Positions 1 to 13,212 are shown, numbered from the stretch's first letter. The stretch: DNA of 39,117 bases from Jimgerdemannia flammicorona (GCA_003990765.1 RBNJ01000152.1:1-39117); one strand, 5' to 3'. Numbers and translations are program-made. The notes: generated by a model from the sequence alone, not told the origin.

Positions 1-132
1 TAACTGAGTGGTGCTCAGGCAGGGGGAGGACGAGGGGGGTGGGTTGGGTCCACAGAGCATTGGTTGAGGGTGGGGGTGATATTGTATTGTTAGAATTATA
101 GATATCAGTAATAAAGAGCAGTCCAAGGGACA

Positions 133-163
<31 letters not shown>
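1..163 (+). mobile_element. 3' end of a non-LTR retrotransposon (poly(A) tail) inserted into the LINE below; runs off the window edge
   Basis: G-rich, CpG-poor tract, AATAAA at ~110, then an A run at ~136-163 that abruptly interrupts the opposite-strand RT coding region. Confidence 0.6.
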
Positions 164-166
<3 letters not shown>

Positions 167-3100
167 CACCATACATGGTCATAGGCCTTCTCCTGGTCCA
201 AAAAGACCAACCTTCCATCCAATCTACAAGCCTGGGCCCCTTCAATGATATCATGCACCCATGCAGTCTCATCCCTTATAAGTCTGCTCCTAACAAAGCC
301 CTGCTACTCCTCTCCCAGCACCTGTTGAGCAACTTTCTATAGCCTTGTGACAATCACCTTAGTTACCATCTTTCTGTCTATATCCAGAAGCATGATCAGT
401 CTCCAATTCTTCCAGTCTTCCCTCCTCCCCTTGTCTTTGTACAATAAGGCCACCAGCCTAAGGTCCTGCTCTCCAACCCACTCACCACTCTGAAGAACAT
501 AGTCACAGAGAGCAGCCATCTCACCCAAAACTTCAGAGACTATTACCATCTTCTTCCAGAAGTCCCACAGTAACCCATCCTCCCCTGGCACTGTTCTAAG
601 CTTAGTTGCTGCAAGGATACTCTGGATCTCCTCTCCTTGCACTGGTAAGATCAAGTCACCCAGTCCTGCTACATGTGGCAGCTCCCACTCCTCCAGTATA
701 TCTTCAATTGCCTCCTCATCAGTACCCCCTTCCCCCTCACTCTACAAACCCTGCCATCTCTCCTTCAAAACTCCTAAGATTTGTTGTGTACCATGCACCA
801 TATCTCTCTCAGCATCCAAGACCCCATCCCACCAATGTCGCACCCTCCTAGCTTTGAGGAGTCTTGACAAATACCTAGTAGGCTGCTCACCCTCCTCAAG
901 CTCCTGCCACTGTAACCTGGCAGCCATTCCTCACATATGAGTCTCCTCCTCCTCTCACAACACCTGTTGCAGTTCCACTACTTCCAATTTTGCCTGCTCT
1001 AACCTCCAATCCTCCACCTCATCAGAAGTAAGCAAATCTGCTCAATCCATTTGCAGTCTCCTCAGCCTGCTGGAAGCACACCTTGTGTGCTTCCTCCTTT
1101 GTCTCCCAGCTTCTCTACCAGCTCCTCCCCAATAGACCCTCACAGCCTCTTTCAATCTCATCCAATGGACACCCACAGACAAATCCTCATGCCTCCAGAT
1201 AAAAACCTTTGCCTGAATGTCCTCCACTCATGAGTCCCACAACTCCTTCTCAGCCAGCAGAGAGGAGTTAAGGCACCAATGTCTGGGTCCATCTCTACTC
1301 CCCCCAAACTGCCTCTGCCCCAAAAGTCCCCAGTGATCAGACCATGGGCACCACTTCACCTCTAATATCTTCCAAACATCTGAACCCCAACACTCAGCTG
1401 TCAGAATCCAGTCAATCCTTGTACCCAAGCCATTCACCCAATGTGTGTAGACCCTGGTATTGCCCCACTATGTTCTGCCCATATCCTCTAAAAAACTCAA
1501 ATTCTCCACCTCCTCCCACATATCCAGACCTCTACTTCTCCCCCCTGTATTCCTTCCTCCATCAGTTCTGTCTAGATGCTGATTCTGAATCATATTAAAG
1601 TCCCCACTGAGAACATTGACTCCTTTCTCCAAGAGAATACCCTCCTCCAGCAGCTCCTTAATCCATGCAGTCCTCTCACCCCTAACTGCTGGGCAGTAGC
1701 AAGAGTCAACCCTCACTGACTCCCACCCTGGCTGATGCCAATCTCCCCAGACCAAGTGATCACTCCAGCTCCTGATTCCCCCAAGTCTCCTCTATCCTTC
1801 CTTACCAGAATTGCCACTTTTCCAAACCAAGCAGTAGCCCCACCCCATTCCCTAGTCCACTCTACCTGATCATTCTCATCCTTACACCATACATCCTATA
1901 GTAAAAAGAGATCAACCTCCAATCCCTTGAGCCAAGTAAAAATGTTCTTATGCCACCCAGATCCTCTCAACCCATTCACATTCAAAGATAAAATATTGGT
2001 TGTACTATTCATAAGAAATAATATTATATAGCAATTCCATCCTCTATAAGTCTGTATTTGACTCCTCCTGCACCAAGTCCAAGTCATATTCAGCAGCTAG
2101 TTCCCTCTCTCCAGCTTCCTGTGCCTCCAACTCTCCTAGAAGTTCCACTATTGCCCTATCTTCTCTCTCCTCAAAGTTCTCATGATACTCTAGACAGACC
2201 TCCCACCAGAGCTGCAGACCATAATGCTCTTCCCAACAGCAGGCAGCCTGCTCACCAGTGACAACCCCCAGCTCTACCTTCCTCACCTCATCAATCTCAT
2301 TTTCCTCCTCCTCCAGGAAGATTGCAAGAATCTCCACCTTCAGTGCCTCCACTACTCCATCACTATGCAGAATCCATACCCAATACTCCTCAGATATTAC
2401 ACATAGGTTCACTTCTCCTAATGCCTCAGCCACAAGGTTATTCATCACCTTGCTCATCTACAGCAGGTTCCCCACCTCCTTCCCTCCCAGAGTCCCTGGC
2501 CGCCCTGCATCCAACATTATGGTATCAGCTCCTATACTGGCAGCCTCATCCCACTCCTTCTCTGGGATATCCACCAGCTCATCCTTGCCAACTGTCACCA
2601 CCTGACCCCCTTTTGCCACATCAGGGACCCCAAAGTGTACTCATGGGGCCCTCTGCATCTGCATATCTTCCACTACCCCTCTCTTCACCACTGGGCCCCT
2701 CCTGATAAGAGGAGGGGGGGTGGCATCCAACTTCTACTCCCAGACCTCAAATGTACCATCTGCATAAGGGTCCTTATTTGGGACCTTCCCAGCCCCCTCC
2801 TTGTTTGCCTCCACCTCTCCTCCTCCTTTACTAGCCCAGACACTAGCTTCGATGCCTCTAGACTCCTCAGTTCTATCTATCTTCTTCTTAGCCTCTTCTC
2901 TCATACTTGTCAATAGCTCTCTCTGTCTCATGCACCCCTGGGCCCACTCCCATTGCTTCTTATCAGTTTGAATCCACTTTCCACCAACAATCTCCAGATG
3001 TGTTGACTCCTCATACAATTTCCAGGCCTTTGCCCTCCTCTCAATAGCACTACTCAATTCCTCTAGAGTCTCCAACAAGTCCTCCTCCTCCTCTTCATTC

Positions 3101-4000
3101 CCTCTCACCCTTGACACCTTACATACAAAAGTCCCCCATATCAACACTGAGGGCCAGTCACTCAGCTTCCCTATAGCCTCCCTTCCTGCCAGTCTAATCC
3201 TCATATCCATGTCACTAGTTCTAATGGATGTTCCCTCCTATACCTGGAAACCAACATCTACCACCTTGCCATACTCTGTCATCACTGTCTCCACCTTCCT
3301 CCTAGTCTCCTCCTTCATTACTGTAGGCACCCTCTTCACCAACAGCTACACCACCCTGGGGTCCTACCTCAGGCAGCATATCATGGGGACTGCCACCTCC
3401 CCAACTGTCACTCCATTCTTCAGAGCCTCCTCCAGTAGGCCCACCTCCTCAAAGCCCACTTTGACCCCCTCCAGGTCCTTTACAAACTTCACCGAGGCCA
3501 TCTCAGCCACTTATTTCAAGATAGGCCCCAAGACCATCCTCACTGTTACTGCCAAGCCTCTGAAGCACAGTGTCACCACAAACTCCAAGATCGATTTCCT
3601 GAGTAACAGTGCCACCACCAGCTCTGTTATACCATCAGCCAGATCCCCCTTCTGCATCAGGAACTCCTGCTCTATACCTCTATCAACCATCACATCTCTT
3701 TTTTTTTCCTGATTACCTATCACACAGCTATCAGCAGTCCCACCCCCAGCCACTGCTCCTCTAGCACCTACACTTGTATCTTCCACCTATATACCTCTCC
3801 CTCTCCCTAGGCTCTTCTTGTCTTTTCCCACAGCAGCACCAGCTCTTGATCCAGCTGGCCATCCACTCTCTTTATCTTATCTGCAAAACTTGGGAGGCCC
3901 AGCCACCTCTCATTACCACCAGATACCAGTCCTCCTCCAGAGCCCTCATCACCTTTTGACTCTCCAAAGGCCCCCATCCCCAGGCCATAACCCCTCCTGA
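164..4000 (-). mobile_element. Degenerate L1/Tx1-like LINE: ORF1 region (~2050-3990) and ORF2 (ATG ~2012) with APE endonuclease and the start of reverse transcriptase
   Basis: APE motifs in order: ILSLNVNGL...DLFLL*, GDFNMIQNQHLDR, TRIDWIL, WSDH. Linker motifs EGEQPTRY and PGEDGL. RT start LLYKDKGRREDWKNWRLIMLLDIDRKMVTKVI, with a frameshifted LDQEKAYD motif at ~175-205. Many stops and frameshifts; CpG nearly absent. Confidence 0.9.
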
Positions 4001-7000
4001 CATTCTGCTAACCAAAAGCCCCAGGTCTACCAGATCCAGCATGCTCATCAGAACACTTGCTCAATGACATTTTTATAATATCTTTTCTCCAAGTTGTGTC
4101 AAAAACTATTGCTTGAGATTGGTGTAACATGAATTGTACAGGAGAAAGATGATGATCAGGTTTGCTTAATACTCTCTCATTAGCAAAAATCTCAGTATTA
4201 TATCTGGTGATATTATTTCTTACCTCACTTTCAACTTTACTAGAACTTGAATCTTCTGTTCTCTTTTTATTAGTAGAGACCTCAGTCTTGTTTTCAGTAA
4301 TATTATTTTTGATTTCATTTTCTATCTTGCTTTCAAGCCTTGCTCTCAGAGTTATTTTTCTCATTATTTTCAATATTATCATCTTGTTTCTTATACTTCT
4401 TATATACTTCTTTTCTGTCTCTTATACTTTACCCTCTATAATATGATAATTTAAAAAATTATCATTAGTAAGTCTGAAAGTCTAATTTTAGTTATTACTA
4501 AAATGAATAGATATACTACATCTTTAATAGATATAAATGTCTAAAATTTCAGCAAACTCTTTATAATTTAAATTTGTAGCATATTTCTAAAGAAGATAAA
4601 GAGTATATCAGATTTATATATAAAGTTTAAAAAGAAGTCTATTTTGAGATATAGAGGAAAACAAAAGAGAAAGCTAAAAAGATAGAATATAATTAAGAAG
4701 TTAAACATTTTATAACTATTATATTATATAATTAAAGAACTAGATAAATTACTATTATTTACTACTCAATAGTCTTACTACTTTACTATAATCTTATCTA
4801 TATATTAGTTTTACTATATTACTTTACTGTAATCTTACTCATAGTTTTGGCTTAATAATATTATAACCAATTAAAGTTTTTAAACAAATTAGTTCAAATT
4901 GATCATATGATAGGTAAATTTGAGTTAGATTTAAATTTCTCTAACTTATTCAGAAGATCTTATATATACTTATAATAAGTAGTATTATCTATATAAATAT
5001 AGATATTATTATTAAGCTAATCAATAGAATATAATTTAAGAATATAATTATATAAATTTGTAAAATATGTCTCAAAGTTATTAAAGTTTATATTTTTGTA
5101 ATAATCTCTATTATTAGTATTTACTTCAAAGATAACTAATTGTCTAATCTATCTATATATATATTTCACTATAGTGTATAATAATCCAATAATATTCTTA
5201 TTTTTCTCTATATATAATTATTTATATGAAATCATGACTGACTATCAATATAATATTAATTGTAATATGATCTATCTAGCTAGAGTTGAATAGCATTTGG
5301 TCTGTTTTTCTTAATTCAGTTATAGTGTTGTAAATATTTTTTATACTATTTTATAATATTTACTAATTTCTAATAGTTGATTATTTTTGAAACTTAATTA
5401 TATTTACAGTCTATTTATTATAAAGGTTGAATATATATTATATCCCTTAGTACTAAGTTATAATCTCTAAGATCCAAATTTATCTCTTTAAGAAATTTTT
5501 TAAACAATAACTAGTTTACTATCTATATTGAATCTTATAGCAATTGTTTTTATATCAGATACATTAATGTATTCAGTATAGTTTCTAATTATCTCTCTTT
5601 CTATCTGAGTCTATAGCTGCAAATTTCTTATTCAACTCCTATTTATATCTAATATTCTGTATTATATTCTTTGAGAGTTTAATATATTTTGCTATTTATA
5701 TAAGAGCAGTTATAATAGTTACTATATTGACTATAGTATTTGTATAAGTTTTATAATAAATATAAATTATCATTAGCTTTTCTTCTAGAGAGAGAAGCTT
5801 TTCTTAAGATCAAGAAGAAGAAAAGTTTGAAAGAGATGCTTTAAACTTTTGAATTTAAGATGAATAATTCTCTTATTGATGTTCTTATTAATTATATTTA
5901 ATATATAATAATTTAAGAGTTGAATACTAACTTTGAGAATATCTACTACTATATTTCTTACAAGTATATCTATAGTCCTTATTGAATATTGTTCTGTTAA
6001 AATATTTCTGATTTCAAATAATTTTAGATGAAGATGGTTGATCTATACTAACTTAGTAAGAACTTATAAAGACTGGATGACAAAATCTATTCTATATTAG
6101 TGTTTTGTATCTTGTATTAATCAGAAAGGTTGAAGGTGATATATGATCTCTACTAGGAGTGATAGCTAGAGATATTAATGGTGGAGATATTGGTAATAGA
6201 GTTGGGATGAGATGTTACTACCTCTTAGCTTATGAAACTAAATATATTAGAGTTGCAGGTCAATTATACTTTATATAGTTATGCTTTATATAATTAGAAG
6301 AAGAGCTAGAGCAGGATGATAGTGAGCTATCTTTATCCATGGCAGACAATTATGAGACAGACAAGATGAGACAAGATGAGATAAGATGGATGAGATGAGA
6401 CAAGATGAGATGAGACAAGATGAGATGAGACAAGATGAGATGAGACAAGACAAGGCAAGATTGAGATGAGATGGGACAACCAATTGAGGTGGGATGGATG
6501 AATGGGAGACAGACAATGGGAGACAGATGATGGGACAGGATGGACAGATGATTTATATGAGACGAGATGAGACAACCGATTGAGGTGAGATGGACAAACA
6601 GGAGACAGACAACAGGACAGGATGGACAGACAATTTATATGAGACAGGATGGAACAACTGATTGAGGTGGGATGGAGACAAACGGGAGACAGACAACAGG
6701 ACAGGATGGACAACCAATTGAGGTGGGATGGATGAATGGGAGACAGACAACAGAATAGGATGGACAGACGATTTATATGAGACAGGATGGGACAACCGAT
6801 TGAGGTGGGATGGATGAACAGGAGATAGACAAACAGGACAGGATAGACAGACAATTTATATGAGACAGGAGACAGACGATGGGACAGGATGGACAGATGA
6901 TTTATATGAAATGGGATGGGACAACTAATTGAGGTGGGATGGATGAACGGGAGACAGACGACAGGACAGAACGGACAATTGAGATGAGATGGGACTGGAC

Positions 7001-7131
7001 AGACGATTTATATGAGACAGGATATTGATGACAGGACAGTATGGACTATTGAGACAAGATGGGATGGGACAGACAAATAGGACGGGACGGACGATTGATA
7101 CAAGACGGGATGGCAATTGAATGGACTACTG
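4001..7131 (-). mobile_element. Heavily decayed DNA transposon, probably hAT superfamily, cut on the left by the LINE
   Basis: Sharp composition boundary at 7131, where the minus strand begins CAGTAGTCC (hAT-like CAG terminus), followed by a subterminal repeat array. At ~5900-6030 the minus strand reads SKII*NQKYF...YTCKKYSSRYSQS*YSTLKLYIK*Y, which back-mutates to a BED-finger-like W..F/CxxC/LxxH pattern. The rest is too eroded to read. Confidence 0.45.
6345..7120. repeat. Degenerate tandem array (GAGAT/GAGAC pentamers and ~60-80 bp GGACAGGATGGACAGACGATTTATATGAGAC / GATTGAGGTGGGATGG units)
   Basis: Directly visible recurring units. Variants differ mostly by CG>CA/TG, consistent with an ancestral GGGACG-rich subterminal array. 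Confidence 0.85.
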
Positions 7132-7901
7132 TCAAGTGGAAATTGTGGCTTGGTGAAAATATGCAGTCACCCAAATTTGCCCTGTATATACTCTGTTCAG
7201 CATCCTTGATACGGAGTCTTCCTTTTGGTCGTCAATCGGGTGGAGCTTTTTGTTCGGTTTAAGCGCAATGCTCTTTTCAATCATGAAAGCGCCGAGGGCT
7301 TTGTGACGCTCTTCATGATCCGGTGTGTTTTCGCTGCTAGCCCAGGCCCATTCTATGACACATAGTAGCAAGTCGTTCTCCGATGTTTTAATTTGGAGTC
7401 TAGCGCAGCCTTAAGTAAGAACTCGAGGGCGTCAGCGGAAAGCCCATTTAAATCACCAAGGACAAGACGCCGAGTGCGAAATTGTTTCATTGGGATGCAC
7501 GGCGGCAACAGCTTCATTTATCAATGAAGCCACCATATCAAGACCTTTCGTCTCCTCTGTTTTCTACATAGCCAACTTCATCAAGTTGGGCGCAGAAAAA
7601 AAGTCGCTGCACGATACGTTTGGATGACCAACTCGGGTGGCAATGGAAGGGCGGATTCGATTCCATCGGTGTAGATGAATAGGAGGACGACACGAAGCGC
7701 GTCAGACTTGATCTCCCGGAGAGCGACCTTGTCCGCGTCCCGTTCGCGCATTTCACCATAGAGCATCGCGCTGAAGACCGCGCACCGCGCCGCGAGGACG
7801 CTACGCGTGGCGCCGAGCTCCACCCCGTGGAACCGCGAGTCGCTAAGGAAAAGAGCCAGGTTGATACCGAGGCTGGTTCCGGGGTTGGTCGAATTGGACA
7901 T
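7132..7901 (-). pseudogene. BTB/POZ-BACK domain pseudogene, frameshifted and truncated by the transposon at 7131
   Basis: ATG at 7901. GATRSVLAARCAVFSAMLYGEMRE...VALREIKSDALRVVLLFIYTD is a BTB core. After frameshifts and stops, LNGLSADALEFLL and SENDLLLCVIEWA resemble BACK. Confidence 0.8.
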
Positions 7902-7974
7902 AAGGCTGATATTTGGATGATGGGCAGGAGAGTTATTGGGGAGAGGATTTTTATAATATCTCAGGGCGAAAAGA

Positions 7975-8051
7975 ACGAGACAAGATGGAAAGGAATAAGG
8001 CACGATAAAAAGGAGCAATGCTTTACAAATGATGAGAAACGCAAGGCAAGG

Positions 8052-8092
<41 letters not shown>

Positions 8093-8173
8093 AACACAAG
8101 GCAGGACAAAGAGAACAAAGAACAATGCTCGCAAGGCGCATCAATAGCCAAGAGGGACCGTTAACCATCATTA
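7975..8173 (-). repeat. Dispersed ~200 bp leader module, copy 1 (upstream of the BTB pseudogene)
   Basis: Shares GAGAAACGCAAGGCAAG-poly(A)-GAGCAACACAAGGC...CATCAATAGCCAAGAGGGACC..TA.CCATCATTA with 19465-19661. Confidence 0.85.
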
Positions 8174-8592
8174 GCCATAAATCCTTGTTTAGCCACAAAT
8201 GCTTGTACGGTATATCGATTCCGTGACTTCTCGCAAAATCAAATAGACGTCGCCTCCTTGTGCCCGTGGAATCGTTCTCCAGGCTTTGCTGGAAAAAAGC
8301 AGCAGTTGGTCACATGATGATTTAGGCAGTAATAGTCACTCCTGTCTGAGTCCATCCGCCCTCAATATTACGAGGACACGGTAGCCACTGCTACTCAAAA
8401 AACGCAAAGGCTCGCTCACTCCACCCACAAGAAAAAAAGCGAGTCCAATGACGTGTAGCTACACAATTACGCACAAAAAAAATTTTGTGATAAAAAGTCG
8501 CAACTTTTGCAACACCAAATTCCACAACCGAGAACAGCCTTTTCAAAATAAATTCCCTTTTGCAACCGCTCAGCTCCCTCACTTGTAAGTCC

Positions 8593-11500
8593 CTACGCCC
8601 TCTTCCCGACCCAGACCCTAGCATTCCTAAACATCCTAGCCCACGGTCCCAACTGCCCCCACCTCTCATCAGGGGGGTACCAGCTATTTGCCTGCTTGAG
8701 TACGACGCGCTCCGGATGGGGCATCATGACGAGGCACCTCCCATTGGGAGTCTTGACAGCGGTGATCCCGTGCGGAGACCCGTTCGGATTGAACGGGTAC
8801 CTCTCTATAGGGTTCCCATAGTGATCCACAAAGCGCGCGGCGACCAGTCCCCGCTCGCGCAGGGCATCCAGGTCGGCCGAGTTGCGGAACTCGGCCCTTC
8901 CCTCCCCGTGGGCGACGGCGATGGGGAAGCGGGAACCGTGCATACCAGCAAAGAAGACTGAGGGGGTCGCGTCCCCAGTCCCAGTGTTTTCGACGATTTC
9001 GACGAGGGAGACGCGGGCCTCGAACTGCTCGCTCTCGTTGCGCTTGAAGTCTGGCCACGTGTCCGCTCCCGGGATGAGCTCGCGTAGCTGGGACATGAAC
9101 TGGCATCCGTTGCAGACGCCTAGTGCGAAGGTGTCGTCGCGTTCGTTGAAGAAGTTGGAGAACTCGTGCCTCGTACGCGCGTGAAGCAGGATCGACCGCG
9201 CCCAGCCCGACCCGGCGCCCAGCACGTCACCGTACGAGAACCCGCCGCATGCCGCGAGTCCCACGAAATCGCGCAGCGAGACGGTTCCGCCGATGATGTC
9301 GGACATGTGTACGTCCACGGCCTCGAACCCTGCTACATGGAACGCGAAGGCCATCTCCGTCTGTCCGTTCACGCCCTGATCACGCAGAATAGCCACCTTG
9401 GGCCTGCGATCTACGGGGGCGCGGTGGATGTAGGGTGCGGCGACGTCCTCTGCCGGGTCGAAGGTGAGGTGATAGGACAATCCTGGATCGTTTACGTCGA
9501 GGATAGCGGCGTATTCCTGCTCTGCGCACGTCGAGTTATCGCGGATCGACTGCATCAGATACGATGTCTCGGCCCACATACGCTGCAGCTCGACCCTCGA
9601 CGTCGACAACACCGCCTCCCGGTTGCACCGGAACACAATCGTGTCCTTGGCCGTGTGCGCCGTCACCGACCCAATCCGGTGCACGTGCTCTGCGGGGAAA
9701 CCGGCTTCGGTAAGCGTCGTCGTCAGCCGCAAAACATCCGACTCCCGCACCTGCACCACCGCCCCGAGTTCCTCGTTGAACAGCGCCGACACCACGTCCC
9801 CGTCCCGTACGATCGTCGTCAGGTCAACCTCAGCGCCCACATGTCCCGCAAAGCACATCTCCGCTACCGTCGCGAACAGCCCCCCGTCCGACCGATCGTG
9901 ATACGCCAGCACAATATCCTCCTTCTTCGCGCCTTTCCTCACATCTTGCATTGCCTGGAAGAAGTTCCGAATCAATCCCGCGTCCTCCACATCCGGCGCC
10001 TCATCTCCAACCTGTTTATACACCTGCGCGAGCGCCGACCCGCCCAACCTCTGCCTTCCCTTCGCCAAATCCAAAAACACCAGAGCCGTCTCCCCGGCCA
10101 CATCCCCCCTCAACTGCGGTGTCAACGTACGTTGTGTATCGACAACGCCGGCAAACCCTGTGACGACGAGCGAGAGCGGCGCGGTGACCTCGTGCGTCTC
10201 ACCCTCGGCCCGCCACTTCATCTTCATCGACATCGAGTCCTTCCCAACGGGCACCGATACACCGAGCGCCGGACACAACTCCATCCCGACGGCCTTGACG
10301 GCTTCGTACAAACCAGCGCCCTCGCCCGGATGGTCCGCAGCGCACATCCAGTTAGCTGACATGCGCACACGCGACAGGGACTCGACGTTCGCTGCCGCCA
10401 GGTTAGTGACACACTCTGCAACGGCCATGCGAGCGGACGCGGCCGGGTTTAGCAAGGCCAGCGGTGTGCGTTCGCCCATGGCCATGGCCTCGCCCGTACG
10501 AACGTCGACGCCGTACGAGGTAGTCGTGACGGCAACGTCGGCGACAGGAACCTGCCAAGGGCCGACGCACTGGTCACGGGCGACGAGGCCTGTGATGGAT
10601 CGGTCACCGATGGTGATGAGGAAGGATTTTGAGGCGACTGCGGGGAGACGTAGGACGCGCGAGGCGGCGTCGAGGAGCGCGGCGGTCGGGGGCATGGGAT
10701 GGAACAGGTAGGACTGGAGGGTTGTGTCGAAGTGCGGGCGCGGGGCGTGCAGTGTGGTGGCGACGCGGGACATCTTGGGGGGTTTGCCGAAGAGAACCGA
10801 CATGGGGAGGTTGATAGGGGTGGCGTGTAGGAGCGAGTCCGTCACGAGTAGGGACTGCTCTGATGTCGCAGTCCCGACAACCGCGTAGGGACACCGTTCG
10901 CGTGCGCAGAAAGCTTCGAACTCAGCCAAGCGCTCGGGCCCGACGGCGAGGACGTAACGCTCCTGCGACTCGTTGCACCAGATCTCCATGGGCGACATGC
11001 AAGGGTCTGCGTTGGGCACCTTTCGAAGCTCAATCTGGGCGCCCAGCGCGCTATCGTGCACAATCTCGGGGAGCGCGTTGGAGATGCCTCCGGCGCCGAC
11101 GTCATGGATTGACTGAATGGGGTTCTCCTTCCCCATTGCGGTGCATGCGTCGATGACCTGCTGACACCTCCTCTGCATCTCAGGGTTATCGCGTTGTACG
11201 GAGGCGAAGTCGAGGGCTGCGCTGCTCTGCCCGGACGCCATGGAGCTGGCCGCGCCGCCTCCCAGCCCGATCAGCATAGACGGCCCGCCCAGAACAATCA
11301 GGTGTGCGCCAGGGGCGATGGGCCTCTTGGACACGTGGTCCGGACGCACCGTGCCCATCCCGCCGGCGATCATGATCGGCTTGTGATACCCCCTGATCTC
11401 AGTGCCCCCGTCGGTCGTCGGGACCCGTTCGGCGAACGTGCGGAAGTAGCCCGTGATGGCTGGGCGGCCGAACTCGTTGTTGAAAGCGGCGCCGCCGAGC

Positions 11501-12822
11501 GGGCCCTCCAGCATGATGTCAAGCGCCGAGGCAACATGAGAGGGTTTGCCGTAGTCCGTTTCCCAGGGACGGATGCTGCCCGGGATCAGTAGATTCGAGA
11601 CCGAGAAGCCCACCAGACCGGCTTTGGGCTTCGAACCTTGGCCAACGGCGCCTTCGTCGCGGATCTCGCCGCCAGAGCCGGTCGCGGCACCGGGAAATGG
11701 GGAAACGGCTGTGGGGTGGTTATGGGTCTCGACCTAGGTTTTTTTTTTTTTTGAATGGCGTGGGCGAAATCGTAGTTAATGATGGTAATATGCTGCATCA
11801 GAATTCCTGCCAAAATAACACGTAACTACCTTCGCAACAACATGCACATCCTCCTCGAAATGCTCGTATCGATTATAACTCTTCCCATCCGGCGCAAACC
11901 TCGTGGCCTTGAAACCCTCCAACACAGCCGCATTATCCGAGTACGCCGATAACGTATACTTGGGGTTAAGCTTGTGCGTATTTTTGATCATGGCGAACAA
12001 CGACTCGGGTCGTTTGACGCCATCGACGGCCCAATCAGCACCAAAGATCTTATGCCTGCAATGCTCGGAGTTGACCTGTGCAAACATAAACAGCTCGACG
12101 TCTGTCGGATTCCTCGCGAGTGTCTGCACGAAGGCCTCTACCAGGTAGTCAATCTCGTCCTCTGCTAGTGCGAGCCCGAGTTCCTTGTTGGCGCGGGCGA
12201 GCTTGTCGCGCGGCGAAGCCTGAGCGTCCCCACCCAGGAGGTCGACGTGAGTAAGCGCGGCGGGTGAGCCGTGCTTGAAGATGGTCTCGGAATCTGGGAT
12301 GGCCGGGAGGACGGACTGGATCATGCGGTCGTGGAGGAGGTGGGAGAAAGTGTCGAGCTCCGCGGAGCTGAGGCTGGCGCTGTCAGACTTTTCGACTAGG
12401 TAAGCAACGCCTCGTTCGATGCGTTCGACTTGCGACTCGAGATTGCACATGTGGGAGATGTCGGTGGCCTTGGAGGACCATGGGGAGATGGTACCCGGGC
12501 GTGGGATCACGATTAGGAAAGTGTGGCCCTTGGCGAGCGGGGTGGAAACGGAGGAGGCGAGGAAGGCCTCGATAGTGCGGACGGCGTCAGCGGAAGCGTG
12601 GACAGCGGACTTGGAGCCATAGTTGAGAAGGCTGTCGAGGATGGCACGCTCATCGGAGGTCGGGTCTTGCAGACGAATGGTAGTGTCGTTGTTGGTGGGC
12701 TGGACGAAGTGGACGTAGAGGGCAGTAATGGAGGCGACGCTGGGGACGTGAGCCTGCACATTCTTAAGCAGATTTGTTCGTTTGAAGTCGGAGAGGGCGG
12801 GTGTACCGGGCAGGACCAACAT
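8593..12822 (-). CDS. ADE6: Phosphoribosylformylglycinamidine synthase (FGAM synthase, PurL), ~1377 aa; exons 12822-11830 and 11733-8593
   Basis: Hallmark motifs [41 protein letters not shown] across the splice, [22 protein letters not shown] (catalytic Cys) and MMPHPER. A 96-nt phase-0 intron GTAGTT...TAG (11829-11734) restores the frame. Confidence 0.97.
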
Positions 12823-12901
12823 AATGGATGTAATATGTATAGTGGGTGTAGTAGTGTAGTGTAGTGCCTTTTGCCTGATCCAACGTTTTTTTTCGGAAAA
12901 A

Positions 12902-13067
12902 ACGCGTCCCATCGACCAATCACAGTCGAACAGTCCCTCAGTGAGTCACTTCATCAAAGCAATCGCGTAAGTCGCGTGTTCCAAATTGAATATCGCAAAA
13001 GTCGCGTGTTCCAAACGGAATATCGCGAAAGTCGTCTGTTCCAAACGGAATATCAAAGCCTGATTGG
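12902..13067 (-). promoter_or_regulatory. ADE6 upstream region with TGAGTCA (12942-12948), CCAAT boxes (~12916 and ~13063) and ACGCGT (12902-12907)
   Basis: Motifs seen 80-250 bp upstream of the ATG. TGACTC/TGACTCA is the Bas1/Gcn4 element of yeast ADE genes; function here is inferred. Confidence 0.5.
12961..13054. repeat. 30-bp tandem repeat x3.1 (consensus TATCGCGAAAGTCGCGTGTTCCAAACGGAA)
   Basis: Units start at 12961, 12991 and 13021, with a partial unit at 13051; few substitutions between copies. Confidence 0.9.
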
Positions 13068-13204
13068 CTCAATCCATTTGAGTATCAATTCCCGCCCGCG
13101 TCACTCCTTCAAGTGACGGTGTTCAATATGTCGCATGCCTATAGAAACTATTTACAATTCATCAAACCCCGAAGGGCTCAGCATGAGATGCATCTGCGGC
13201 GACA

Positions 13205-13212
13205 TAAATAAG

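Noticed and set aside
6286..7116. Repeat array as CRISPR or as Ser/Cys/Leu-rich proteins
   Set aside because: No unique spacers, no cas genes and a eukaryotic context; the ORFs are translations of the repeat.
9166..10359. 397-aa plus-strand ORF and other ORFs overlapping ADE6
   Set aside because: Antisense or alternative-frame shadows of a GC3-rich gene; Arg/Pro-rich with no domain.
11734..11752. 14-nt poly(A) instead of a pyrimidine tract before the ADE6 3' splice site
   Set aside because: The splice is fixed by the conserved K|VETHNHP motif, and A-rich intron ends also occur elsewhere in this window.
12961..13054. 30-bp repeats as a mini-CRISPR
   Set aside because: Units are head-to-tail with no spacers.
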